Shown here piece after piece: positions 11,815 to 23,682 of a DNA stretch of 64,000 nucleotides. The notes under the pieces were generated by a model. It was given only the letters and a program-made list of their open reading frames with translations, searched no databases and was not told where the DNA came from. The DNA is from Neoechinorhynchus agilis (lineage: Eukaryota; Animalia; Acanthocephala), in the NCBI GenBank assembly GCA_051530055.1, contig CM121341.1, positions 12,006,784-12,070,783 on the forward strand, written 5' to 3'. Both the position numbers and the translations under genes were made by a program. Position 1 is the stretch's first letter; the number at the start of each line of letters is the position of its first letter.

Positions 11815-12700
11815 ATTTTTAATCAAATTTGAAATGGGACTCGCACATCACTCTCTCCCTCAAGCACATCGACTTTAAAATTTATCTCCTCGAATGCCTC
11901 CGACATTTACGAATCAATTAACCCGACCTCCATGAATTTTACTTCCGCTTTATCTTACCATCCCTCACCTGCGGTTGCCTCGTATTTTGCAACCTTTCCA
12001 AATCGCTAATCCGCCGTCTTGAAATTCTTCACAAAAGAGCATCTAAAATTTGCACAACTTAGTTTTGTTTAAAAGATAATTCATTGTTATTTGTTGATAG
12101 GAGAGATAAATGAATTTAAGATTTTATTGAATATTTCGATCCACTATCTCGGATCTTCTTCAGCGATTGCTTGTAAGTTTTTAAATATGTGTTCAATCGC
12201 TGAAGAAGATCCGAGATAGTGGATCGAAATATTCAATAAAACTTCAATTTCATTTATTTTCTCCTATCGATGCCTTGATGCTATTTTCATAAAACAAACA
12301 AAACGCCTCTCAACCCTACCACCACAATTTCTTCCACATATCACTCCCTTTTCAAACGAGCACAACACCCGTAATCCTAATTCGTTTCACCGTCCTATAA
12401 CTCGCACCTCACTATATCTGCGCTCCTTTTTCCATGCTGCCCAATCTTCTCGGATATCATGACCTGAAATGATTCTGAGGAAAGAACAACCTTACAAGCG
12501 TTCCGGCAAACAATAACCACCAATTCCCACGAGAACGGACATCACATTCCCCGGTACCTCAGATATCGACGTAACAAAACCTGATATTCCAACCCGAACG
12601 GACAAATAAAAACCAAATATCTGTGTGTTTATGAATACCCAAAGGTATATGGGTCCTCTTCTTTGTAAATCAACAAATAAAACGTGTTATTATTATAACC
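11815..12700 (+). mobile_element. LINE RT C-terminus and 3' UTR, interrupted by palindrome 12096-12268
   Basis: LKWDSHI and LEILHKRASKIC motifs; tail AATAAAACGTGTTATTATTATAA at about 12677-12699. Confidence 0.8.
12096..12268. ncRNA. Inverted pair of minimal type I hammerhead ribozyme motifs
   Basis: CTGAAGA-A-GATCC-gagatagt-GGATC-GAAA-TA-TT at 12200-12233, with an exact reverse-complement copy in the left arm. Confidence 0.75.
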
Positions 12701-13091
12701 ATTGTAAGAAGTAAAGCATTTTGTCGTAAGGTTAATGCATTGATTGGCTACTTAATAGAGCAAGTAGATTATGATAAAAATAAGTAAGAACCGCTTAAAT
12801 TAAGATCAAAACGAACAGTTTCATCTTTCATTGACTGTGCGTAGTAATGTTTTGATGGCGAGGCTTCTTCTTTCGAACTATCATAAAATTAAACATTTTT
12901 GAAGATGGACGGTGATTTGTATAGGATAAATTTCGTTTGCAGTTATTTCCCAGGTTCCATTTATAATGAGCGGCTCGAGAATCCGGACTGTCCATTATCC
13001 AACCGCGACCTCCCTAAAGTTACACTGCAAGTGTAACTCGAAAGAAATACCAGTTTCGCTTTCGTCAGAGTAATATCCTAACCTGAAATCT

Positions 13092-15576
13092 ATGTTGCTC
13101 AAATTCGCTAAAGATCTTAAATTCACCACTCGTTTATTTCAAACAATGACGAAACACAGAATAGCTGTGTGCCAAATGGTTCAAAGTCAAAGTAAAAGTT
13201 CTAATCTTGAACGTGCTCTTTTATTGGTCGACGATGCAGTCAAACAACAAGCGGAGTTCGTATTTTTACCTGAAAATGTAGACTTCTTTTCTGATACCAA
13301 ACAAGCCGAACCGCTAGATTGTGAGTTTGTAAACGCTTTTAGAAATGCTTCCAAAAAACACAATATTTGGATTTCATTAGTTAAAAATGTGATCTTCGTA
13401 TATTTCGACATCTAAAGCGACGAAATGTAAAAAATCAATAGAAACGTAGTCGAATGATTTTACACAGAAGAATTCACATCATTGGATCGTGTTTTTTGGC
13501 TAAAATTGTTGATGTGGCTCACGTTAATGATTGGGCTAGTTTTGAGATTCGCCATAATTCACTTTCAAATGTATGAAAAATGTTCCAGGAATTTCTTTTT
13601 TAACCCCCATTCGGATTTAAAAATTCACTAATTTATTTCCCCGGTATTTCACCTCTCGGATAATTTCAACATTTCCCCAAGATTTGTCATTTCGTTTAAG
13701 GGTTTACGATGTCTGGATGACAAATCTCGGGAAAATGTCGAAATTATCCGAAAAATTAGTGAATTTTTGAATCCAAAGAGGTGACAAAACTAAGAAAAAG
13801 AAAGTCCCTTTTCCCATGAAAGTCACAATCCAATATTCCAGGGAAATCTTAACGTTGCTTAGACGAAGATCCGTTTTTAATAGGAGGAGTTCACCTTCTT
13901 TCACCGGAAGGAAAAGTTAACTTAGCGCACCTTATTATTGAACCTTCTTTTGGTTCAATCGTTGCTAGATACGACAAATCAAACTTATTTAATTATCCGG
14001 AATTGGCACTGTATGAAAGTAAATACATTGAAGCCGGTAATCGACTTCCTTTACCCGTCGAAACTCCTATCGGCAAAGTCGGTCTAGCCATTTGTGTTGA
14101 TCTTCGATATTCTCGAGTGGCAGATTTCTACAGACGTGCTGGTGCCACCTGTCTCCTTTTTCCTAGCTCATTTACAAAGAAGACCGGAGCACTCCATTGG
14201 CACGCCTTATTACGAGCGCGTGCTATTGAGACTCAATCGTTTGTTATAGCGGCGGCTCAGGTGGGTGTTTGTGAAAATCGAGCTGCTTTCGGTCATGCTT
14301 TGGTGGTAGGTCCACGCGGTGATATTCTATGTGATTGCGGAGATGAAGAGAAGGATTGTATTTGCGTAGTTGAAATCGATTTGGATGAAGTTGAGAACGT
14401 AAGACATGAACTACCAATGACCTACCGATACGATCTTTATGATGAAATTGATTTGGAGACGAAATGTGCTGTAATTCCGGACGATTTCAGATTTGGAAGT
14501 GTTCCAATACCTCCTGAAACGATATTCTACGCTTCTAGATATTCTGTTGCATTTGTAAATCTTAAACCGGTTCTGAAAGGACATGTACTAATTGCTCCAA
14601 TTCGATCAAATATCAGACGAGTAGTCGAGATCTGAACCTGAGCTTGGGAAATTGCATTTAAGAACGCCTTTAAACAGTATTAACCACTTTGATATTGTTC
14701 ATTCCCATGCTTATGTAATCATTTTGTGCCCGGAGTACCCATACACGCGGTTAATTCGAAGGAAAATGTGCAATTACAATCTCAGTGATGCAACGGCATC
14801 TGTTTTTTGCGACAGGATAGAAAATCATCATGTTTGCGTGATAAAATGAGAGGGTGGATGCATTAACTATGTTATATGTAATTTTTGTTAGTTTTTGTTT
14901 CAAAACATATAACATGACCTCTGGTAAGATGCTTGCAGGTCCACATAAAATTGGGAACCATCATTCTTCAATATTTTGGGCTTGAATGCACTTGCCAATC
15001 ACAAGTACATTTGGAGGTTAAAATCCTAATCAATCGAAGAATGCGACACGTGAGGCACTCAGTTGCCGAATTGACGAAGGAATGCAAAACATGGGTTTGG
15101 GACCTTGTAGCTCCGTCCGACAAAATTAAAAGGCTCTAATCAATTAAAAGATCGCACTGGCCGTTGTTGCTTTTTTCGCCTGTGCGTTTTGTTAAAAAGT
15201 CGTTTAAACGCTAACCACATCAAACATTCATTATCATTTAATTTTTTTGCTTTACTCATTTGCGTTCAGAACTTCCATAAGTGAAATGTCTGACGAGGAA
15301 TGCAGCGATCTGATGTTGGTCAGTCGACGAGTTGGTGGTATCATAGGTCTGGACGTGATTGGTGATAAGCAAGCGTCGATTACTTACTGTATACAGGATG
15401 GCGAAAATGCAGGTCAAACCATTCCTCATGTTCATGTTCATGTGATCCCGAGACTCGGTAACGATTTTTCAGCTGGTAACGATGAGGTATATCGACAATT
15501 GGAAGCTGATCGAAAACCACGGGAACTGGTGGAAATGGTGAAGGAAGCTCAACATTACAAAACTTTATTCGCTTAA
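13092..15576 (+). CDS. NitFhit: Nitrilase (Nit1)-Fhit fusion protein, three exons
   Basis: Nitrilase triad motifs FLPEN, YDK, ICVDLRY; LLRARAIETQSFVIAAAQ; the same ORF continues into Fhit (AFVNLKPVLKGHVL); last exon has GQTIPHVHVHVIPR. Exons about 13092-13380, 13884-14620 and 15270-15576; both splice donors are problematic. Confidence 0.9.
13381..13880. mobile_element. 500-bp TIR element (MITE-like) occupying Nit-Fhit intron 1
   Basis: Left end TTAAAAATGTGATCTTCGTATA versus reverse complement of right end TTAAAAACGGATCTTCGTCTA; TAG at 13378-13380 and 13881-13883. Confidence 0.8.
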
Positions 15577-16011
15577 ATTTTTGAACAATACTAGAATCGA
15601 TGAGAACGCCAAAAACACTTATATCAATCTGTATGTCCTAATACCTGGCCATTTGCCCCATGCAGTGCCACTGAGTTCTTCGTCAGTTTCAATTTGTACG
15701 TTCTTCTCTAGACTTTCTCTTTGCGATTGTTTTGCACAGTTAAAATGAATATTGAATCAGATGTGTCCTCTTCGAAATAACTAAGTTTTGAACATTCCGT
15801 AGCTCTTATCGTTTAATCGGAATTTTTCCACTAGGACGAACTATAGGAACGAAAAATAACTCAGTCATCTTTAGAAACATTGAGCTGAGAAAGTTTAGGA
15901 ATTTTCGATATTTTTCCATATATTAACATTCGAATTTCGAGAACTTTTCAGTTCTATCGGTTATGTTGCGAAATCTGAAAAGTTCTCAAAATTTGAAAAC
16001 TTCTCAGCAAC

Positions 16012-17060
16012 TTAACCGATAGAACTGGCCCCTGCCCATGCAAAATATCGCTTATTGAGAAGCTCACTAAGTTTTATGCTTTGAACGTGGACTTCTGGTG
16101 AAGGCACATATATTTCGTCGATATTGACTATTTTACTGTTTGTTTCGATTTTCCTTTTTGTATTTAAGGAATGAACGGCGATTGCAATAACTAAACAGCA
16201 TACCTATTTTATTACGATAAGACCTTAGCATTATAATTATATAACGACCGATGCTCTTACTTGAATGAGAAGACAAAGATTATAAAGCACAACCAATTTC
16301 ACATCTATGGAGCTGTCATTCATCCAAGAATCAAATGCTTCAATGCAACTCTAAAAAAATGCAACAAACAGTCAGAAGTGAGTGGTTTAAAATTTTTAGC
16401 TGATTTTTCGTGGTTTTTATCAGCTTTCTTTTAAATGGATTTTCGAATTTTCTATGTCTCACCATGTTTATATAAGACGATTTGCTTGCAATTGAACATT
16501 CAGTGTTGTTTGGTCCTTGTAGAAAAGCACAACAGGATTGTGGGATCTTCCCGAACACACTAGCAACAAAGCTGGCTCCTCCATCTCCACGACCGCAACA
16601 CTTAAATTGCCGGTTAAAATGCGTCCATCCGACAGATAATGAATTAGCATCTTCTCCCTCGGTTGCGAATCCAACTACGGACGCATAAAGCCATTTCAGA
16701 AATGCTTTATAGACCTAAACATTGCTTGTCAATGGACGTCCTAGTCATTTAAGGATACTTCTCGATATTTTACTAAGACCAAGCATTCGTAAATGATTTG
16801 TCCCGCAATTGTAACAAAACATGTTAGCGTAACCATCAAAAATAGTGGTTTCATGTAGAAACACAGTGCGAATTGAGCACATAATGATTGAATGGTGTTT
16901 AAGATGCCAGCGCTTCCTAGAGCGATTGCTATCTGCGAAAATGGAAGTAATGCTTTAGTTCAAGTTGCGGCTTACTGCGTGCACGTGGATAATGTTCAAA
17001 ATGTCTTTTGTTAGGCGTAGACGCAAGATAGTCAGAATAGCGTTGTAGTCGTCTTTTATT
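16012..17060 (-). CDS. Tetraspanin, multi-exon; 5' end unresolved
   Basis: Spliced minus-strand reading gives two TM segments, then WTHFNRQFKCCGRG (CCG), KIPQSCC, SCIEAFDSW and TM4; short GT-AG introns; stop at 16012-16014. Confidence 0.85.
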
Positions 17061-17645
17061 GCAGGAAGTCGCATAGATTAAGAAGATTTTGAGCGAAGGG
17101 GAAATTGTCCTTTGAATATGAGTGAACATGGCTCATAAACTTTGATTAAAAATATTAAGTACGCTCATTTGCTTCATTTTAGTGCATAGAATTTTGCCCC
17201 CGGAAAGATTGGTAGAATTTTCTGAGATGAAATTACTTTTTCAGAATAATTGAAACCAGAATTGAATTTACGTTTCAACGTTCAAAGAGCTTGAACTTTA
17301 ACGTGTTCTTAAACCACGGAGTCTTTTAATGAAAGCAATGCGACTCCTGTTTACAAGGAGTAAAAACGAACCGACCATGATTTGAAAGATTCCAATGATC
17401 TAAAGGAAACTAAATCATATGTATATTCAGCTAAGATGCGCACCATAACACTGATCCATAGAATAAAGGAAGTGTGCGTGAGAATTGAATGAAGTGGATG
17501 ATATTCCTAAGAAAAATGAAGTTAAATGGGTCAAAAAACCCGGAACGGTTAACCCTTGTGAACATAGTAGACGTTTCTTTTCCTCTTTTTTTAGACATTT
17601 CTGCCTTCTAATCTCAAGAGTTTATCGTTTCCAAAAACTGTTACC

Positions 17646-18185
17646 ATGGTATCAATAAGAGAAGAAGATGATAGTGTAACCGAACGAATAACCGCCCGAG
17701 ATATTGCGGGTGTCATTGAACAGTTTCGACCTCAATTCGAAGCGATGCCGGTCAATGCTCCTCTCAAGAAACGTCTTCGTCTTTGTCGCGATATTCGACA
17801 ATCTTTTGAAGACATGCAAAAGACAAGAGGATATGATGGACTCACTAAAACTGCAGTTTCCACTCGAAATTACCTGCTAGCTTCTGAGTGGGCCAAAGTG
17901 ATGCCAAGTAATATGGCGTTATGTGTGATCGAATATTGGAAAGTTACGAAGCAGTGGGCTCCGCCATTTGATCCACGTTTCCCTAATCCGGATCAGACTA
18001 GATGCTGTTATGAGAATTATCTTGACTACCACCGATGTCAAGCTAAGCTAGGAGCGGTGCGGAAATGCGATTATTTTAAGCGAGCTTATACCGCCATTTG
18101 TCCTCCTCAATGGATAGAGACCTTTGATGATCGGTTTGAACGTGGCGTCTTGCCTGGATTTCATCCAATCGAGTACGTGGAGTGA
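17646..18185 (+). CDS. COX6B: Cytochrome c oxidase subunit 6B-like with about 100-aa N-terminal extension, intronless
   Basis: APPFDPRFPNPDQTRCCYENYLDYHRC...CDYFKRAYTAICPPQW...GVLPG. Confidence 0.9.
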   Translation: MVSIREEDDSVTERITARDIAGVIEQFRPQFEAMPVNAPLKKRLRLCRDIRQSFEDMQKTRGYDGLTKTAVSTRNYLLASEWAKVMPSNMALCVIEYWKVTKQWAPPFDPRFPNPDQTRCCYENYLDYHRCQAKLGAVRKCDYFKRAYTAICPPQWIETFDDRFERGVLPGFHPIEYVE

Positions 18186-18422
18186 ACCAAAGTTTACCAG
18201 GCACTTATTGCCAAAACATAGAGCTTATCTTATTCAGTCTTATCAATATATTTTGAGCTTAAATTGAACGAATCATTTGAGGCGCGATTGTTGACTATTC
18301 AGTTCACATTTTCAACTCTTTTGGTCTCTTTTAGATATCACCAGCAGCTTAGTTCGATTTCAAAATATTTTCATTTCTAAATAAAATTGTGGTTAAGGAA
18401 CTCCCGGTTAAAACTTTTAGTA

Positions 18423-18472
18423 TTGTTACGACTGACGAGGCGAGGTTCCTCTTTCGAAATATTTCGTAACAA
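18423..18472 (+). ncRNA. Minimal type I hammerhead ribozyme motif
   Basis: TTGTTACGA-CTGACGA-stem II-GAAA-TA-TT-TCGTAACAA: perfect 9-bp helix I and intact core. Confidence 0.85.
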
Positions 18473-20361
18473 ATCCACAATTTTAACTTGATCATTCCGA
18501 AGGATTTTCTTTATATGATTTTCATTTCTCTTCTACACCCTAATCCTCAAACCCAGAACAGCTATTTTTTAATCCAAATGAGTTGGTGATTATACGCAAT
18601 CGAAATCTATGACTTTTGAGATCACAATCAACGATGAACTGCTTGGGTCCCCCATTATAGCATCATTATAACCACAACTCCTCGTTCTCAACAAAAAGAT
18701 TCACAGAGTAAACCAACTAACTTTGATCAAAAACTAAAAATGGTCTAAAACTGCTCTCATATGTTTTTTACGTTCGAATTTAACAGCATTTTTATCTTGG
18801 TAGCCTCGGATGCTTTGCGGAAGCTACCATTCGCGAAGTCAAATTGAATGCGCCGAGTAGAAATGCGCAAAAGTCGGTAAAACCAAGTGAGTTAATAAGC
18901 AGCCGGGCTTTTTTGAGTTTTCCAAAAACGCCGATTTCATTGCGCTTCTAAATGTTTCTAACACCTAAATTGAGTGTACCGGCAATGACTCACTGAAACA
19001 TTTTGAACGGTTTGTTAAGAAAGGTTTTAAACTCTTGATAGTGTCACGATGATATCGTTTCTCGTTTGACGCCATTCCCTTCTTGTAATTTGTCTCATAG
19101 AAGCCCACCGAATATCCCAATTTTAAATGATATTTTCGAGGTCGGTCTCATTACCGCTTTTGTTAGACGGCACTATTCTCTCTAAATATTACCGCAATCA
19201 CTTAATTTAGACTATTATTTGGATTTGAATGTTGTTGTTTTTGCTAGCGATCAATTCGTACAAAGTGGATACGCAGAAATCTGAAGAATCATTACAATGT
19301 AGTCCAGGAGTGTGCTCTAAGAGTTTTTAATTTAATATGTCACATTTGAGAACATTTAGTGTTAGGATTAAGTCTCATATTCGATTTGAGACAATTTGAC
19401 TTTGTTTGACTCCATTATACGCCGATTTCTCCAAAAAAAGATTGCGAAGGCATTTGTTATGACAATCGAAATGAAACTCGATGGATCGCGGCCATATCTG
19501 AGGTTCCGTTTAAAGTTGGAATTTCAACATAAAAATGGATTTAATAAGACTGCATTTTGAAATATTAAATTTGCCTAGCGATTTACCTTGTTTATTTGGT
19601 AGGCTATATTACGACATGGCAAAATAGTGAGACTTGAAGACAATCATTTCCTGTAAGAAATTGAAAATAACAAACAATAATCTCTGCTAATTTTGGCACT
19701 GGCTGGATTTAAATTAATTTTTTGTTTATACTGTCTGTTTTTTAATTTTTTAAATCTAATAGTTTATTCTAGCAAGAGAGTGTTTAGACGAAATAAAGGT
19801 TGCGACATTTGCTCAAATAAGGTTAATATTTTTGTGTTCGATTGTTTGTTCTTTAATCGCTTTTAAAGGTTAACCCTGTAATAAATTTAGGAATTGAAAC
19901 GTCTTTGTAATAGAGAGTATGATAAATCGGTTATTCGTGAAACTTATTCCTTTAGTTAACTTAGGCGATTAGCGTTGGACTTCCATTTGGAATATCTGAG
20001 GTTCAATTCTCAAAGATTATTTAGTGGTAATCTCAATTGCTGCAATAAAAGTCCTTCCCAGCCCTAATAAAAGTGAATGCTCTCCCCGGGAATTAATCGT
20101 GGCAGTGAAACAAAGGGAACTCATTTAGTTCGTAAATCGGTTCTCTATTATACGGGCATTTTATCGGACTGTCAACTTTTTTTAATTTCAATCGAATTCT
20201 TAAATTTTCTTTACAAGAAAGTGGACCATTTAACCGTTTCTAAGGAACGAAGACGCAGGTGATCGCTGTCGAAAGTTCGCGAGTTTATCGATCTCGGCAC
20301 CGAAATCGATTGTTCTAATTTTGTTATACGCACTTCTGTCCTCTTTCAAAAAATCAGGAAC

Positions 20362-22388
20362 ATGCATGATTACGCCGTCGAAAAATCCGCAAAAAGGAAC
20401 ACGAGACAGCGACACTCCTCCCATTATGAAGACAAACATTCCCATAGATCTGTGGTGTGGTTGTTAAATCTTCGCCGAACCAATTTCTCCGATTTGTAGC
20501 AATTTCAGATAAAAAAATGACTTACATTGACCGCCGTCTCGCCTTTTTATCAGCTCGAAACACTAAATTTATATTTTTAAGCTTATCCATTCTCGGCTTG
20601 CACGTTACTCAAGCTTGTGTTCAGGTTCATATCGCTTATAGTTTAATCATGCACGTGAATTTCCCTAATAGGAATACATATTCCAACTCAAAGAAGTACG
20701 GAAATACTCAAGTGTCTTTACACTCAATCAATTCACGTTTTATTCAATATTCGCTTATATTCATTGGAAATTGCGCAAAAAGGGGATTTGGTATGCCGTT
20801 CTCAAAGTCAATAGTCCACCCTTATTCCTTCCTTGTGTAATCCAGTTTGGTTCCAGTCAAGAAACTTGCACTTGTCGGACTCTTATCGACCGGAACGATG
20901 GCACTATCTAATGCGGCCGTTGCCCATCTTAACTATCCGACTCATCTAATGTTCAAATCCTGTAAATTGATACCTGTCATGATTGGAAGTGTCCTGATTG
21001 TCGGTGAGATCTCTAAATGAGCCAAACGGATATTTCAATTTAGATTATCTTCATAGGAAAACGGTACAATCCTTTTAATGTGCTATCATGTATTCTTATG
21101 ACTGTCGGCGTTATTTTCTTTACTCTCGGAGATTGCCAAGTTCAACCAAAGTTCGAGTCTGCAGGTAAGATTCGCTCTTAATGTGCAACTTTCTCATAAG
21201 TTTCGTAAGTAATTTTCCTGATATTGTGATTTTGATAGACTGGTTCCAATGCTAAATAACAATGTTTCGATAAAATCTCAAACGATCGATTCTATTTGTG
21301 CTTTTTATTTTCGTAAATATCTATCGCCGGATTCAAACGTATATCCTGGCTTTTATTAGCTGAAATATCCCCACCAATAAATCAAAGAAGTATTATTGTT
21401 GGTAGTGAAATTCTAATACAGATTAAAAACGCTCCAATAGTTTAAGGTTTAAAGATGAACTTTGTCCTCATATTATAGCTCAACACATTTTCTCATAATG
21501 GCGAAATGTATAATAAAGTAAATTCGTTTAACGAGTTTAGGATTACTATGCCCACCAAATATATTAGTTATCGATTCTGTTAAACATAGTTTGCATCAAA
21601 TTATGGGTTTGATTGTTCAACGTGATTTGTGTCATTTCATAAAAATCGAATTGATACAGTCATTTCAAAAGATTGTTATCGATAAGTGTTTTTTCTCACT
21701 TTTATCTTTGGGCAGATGAACGCTTTTCTAAGCATACTTTTCCCAACTTTCTTAAGGAGTACTACTTGTATGTTCAGCACTGTGTTTCGATGCAATAGTT
21801 GGCAATTATCAAGAGAAATTATTCAAAGAATATCCATTTCTTACCAATGAGCAATTGGTGCGTTATCCTTTCGTTAAAGACTTTTTGTTCCAATACAGTA
21901 GGTGTTCTACTCGTACATTTTCGGAGTAACTTACATTTGCGTCTTTGAGACGCTTAAAGGACTCATATTTGGAAGTACAGTCAAAGAAGGAATCATCTTT
22001 TTCAATCAAGTAAACGTTCCTTATAAAATTCGGTCTAACTGTTCTAAAATAGAACATCTATCGAACGTATATTCTGACCGGAGTGTACTCTATCACTGGA
22101 TACGTTGGAGTGATCGTTATTTTAACGATGATAAAAGACTTTGGAGCTTTGTTGGCCGTGACCGTCACAACAATGAGAAAGGCACTTACTATTGTCCTAT
22201 CGTTCTTGATATTCCCAAAGCCGTTCATTATTCAATACGTTTGGTCGGGTCTGCTCGTTCTAACTGGAATCTGGCTGGATTTTGGGGATAAACATTTCGG
22301 TTTCTATCAAATGGCCAGTCTCGAGTACAAGTTGTGGTTTCGGAGATCCAGGTACCACAAGAAGTACGATCTTGTTGCCTGTGTATGA
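20362..22388 (+). CDS. SLC35B3: PAPS transporter 2 (SLC35B3-like), multi-exon
   Basis: LSNAAVAHLNYPTHLMFKSCKLIPVMIG, GKRY, DAIVGNYQEK, VTVTTMRKALTIVLSFLIFPKPF; GT-AG introns of about 45-55 nt plus one of about 600 nt. Confidence 0.92.
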
Positions 22389-22529
22389 TTGTGCAACTAG
22401 AAAAATTGTGTGACCGATTGGGATGCGGCGTTATCCGGGGTATTCCGAAAATGATATTCCAAAAGGTGATAAGTTCACCATACTTTTATGCCATTCATGT
22501 TTTTTATTATAGATATCAGTTGCCCTAAG

Positions 22530-23530
22530 GTATCGTATGAGCGAAAATTACCTACTAAAACTTAACTGCGATTATTAACCATTAAAAAATTAAGGTCGGT
22601 TTGTTGTCTCCAAAAAGATATGATTATTCCAAGAAGCTTTTTGTCTAAATATTGAGGATTTCGTTTATGAGGATGGCGTCTTTAGTTCTCATACCCATGT
22701 TATGAGCGAAAATTCTCTACTAAAAGTAAACTGCGATCATTAGTTGTTAAAAGTTTATCTTGGTTTGCTGTCTCCAAAAATATTTGATCATTCCAAGAAG
22801 CTTTTTGTCTAAATATTGAGGATTTCGTTTATGAGGATGGCGTCTTTAGATCTGATACCGATTTTATGAGCGAAAATTCTCTGCTAAACGTAAACTGCGA
22901 TCATTAGGTGTTAAAACTTTATCTTGGTTTGTTGTCTCCAAAAAGATTTGATCATTCCAAGAAGCTTTTAGTCTAAATATTGAGGAATCCGTCTATGAGG
23001 ATCGCATATTTACATCTCACACAGATCTTATGAGCGAAAACTCCTAATTAAAAATTAACTGCGATTATTAACCGTTAAAAGTTTATTTTGGTTTGTTGTC
23101 TCCAAAAAGATTTGATCACTCGAAGGAGATGTTTGTCGAAATCTCGAGGAATCCGTTTACAAGGATCGCATCTTTAGATCTCACACAGGTCTTATGAGCG
23201 GAAATTCCCTACTGGAAGTAAACGGTGATTATTAACCGTTAAAAGTTTATTTTGGTTTGTTGTCTCCAAAAAGATTTGATTATTCGAAGGAGATTTTTGT
23301 CGAAATCTTGAGGAATCCGTTTACAAGGATCGCATCTTTAGATCTCACACAGATCTTATGAGCGGAAATTCCCTACTGGAAGTAAACCGTGATTATTAAC
23401 CGTTAAAAGTTTAGGTCAGTTTGTCTCCAAAAAGATTTGATCATTTCAAGAAGCTTTTTGTCCAAATATTGAATATTCCCTTCATGAGAATCGCGTCTTT
23501 TCATCTTATACTGATCTTATGAACGAAAAT
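22530..23530. repeat. Tandem repeat, 164-bp unit, about 6 copies
   Basis: TATGAGCG recurs at 22536, 22701, 22865, 23029, 23193 and 23357, with a variant at 23518. Confidence 0.92.
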
Positions 23531-23682
23531 GGTGCAAATATTAAGAAGTATCCACTAATATTCCTTCGAAGATAATATTCTAAATTTCAGCCACTCATAA
23601 TCACATTGAAAGAATCGAATTAAATCCACTTGACGCGCGAGCTCATTTATAAAATAGCTTTTTCTTCTTCTATTAAACATTA

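Noticed and set aside
19945-20015. tRNA-Gly(TCC)-like or SINE head (CTTCCAT loop, GGTTCAATTC box)
   Set aside because: The anticodon and acceptor stems do not pair; at best a decayed SINE head.
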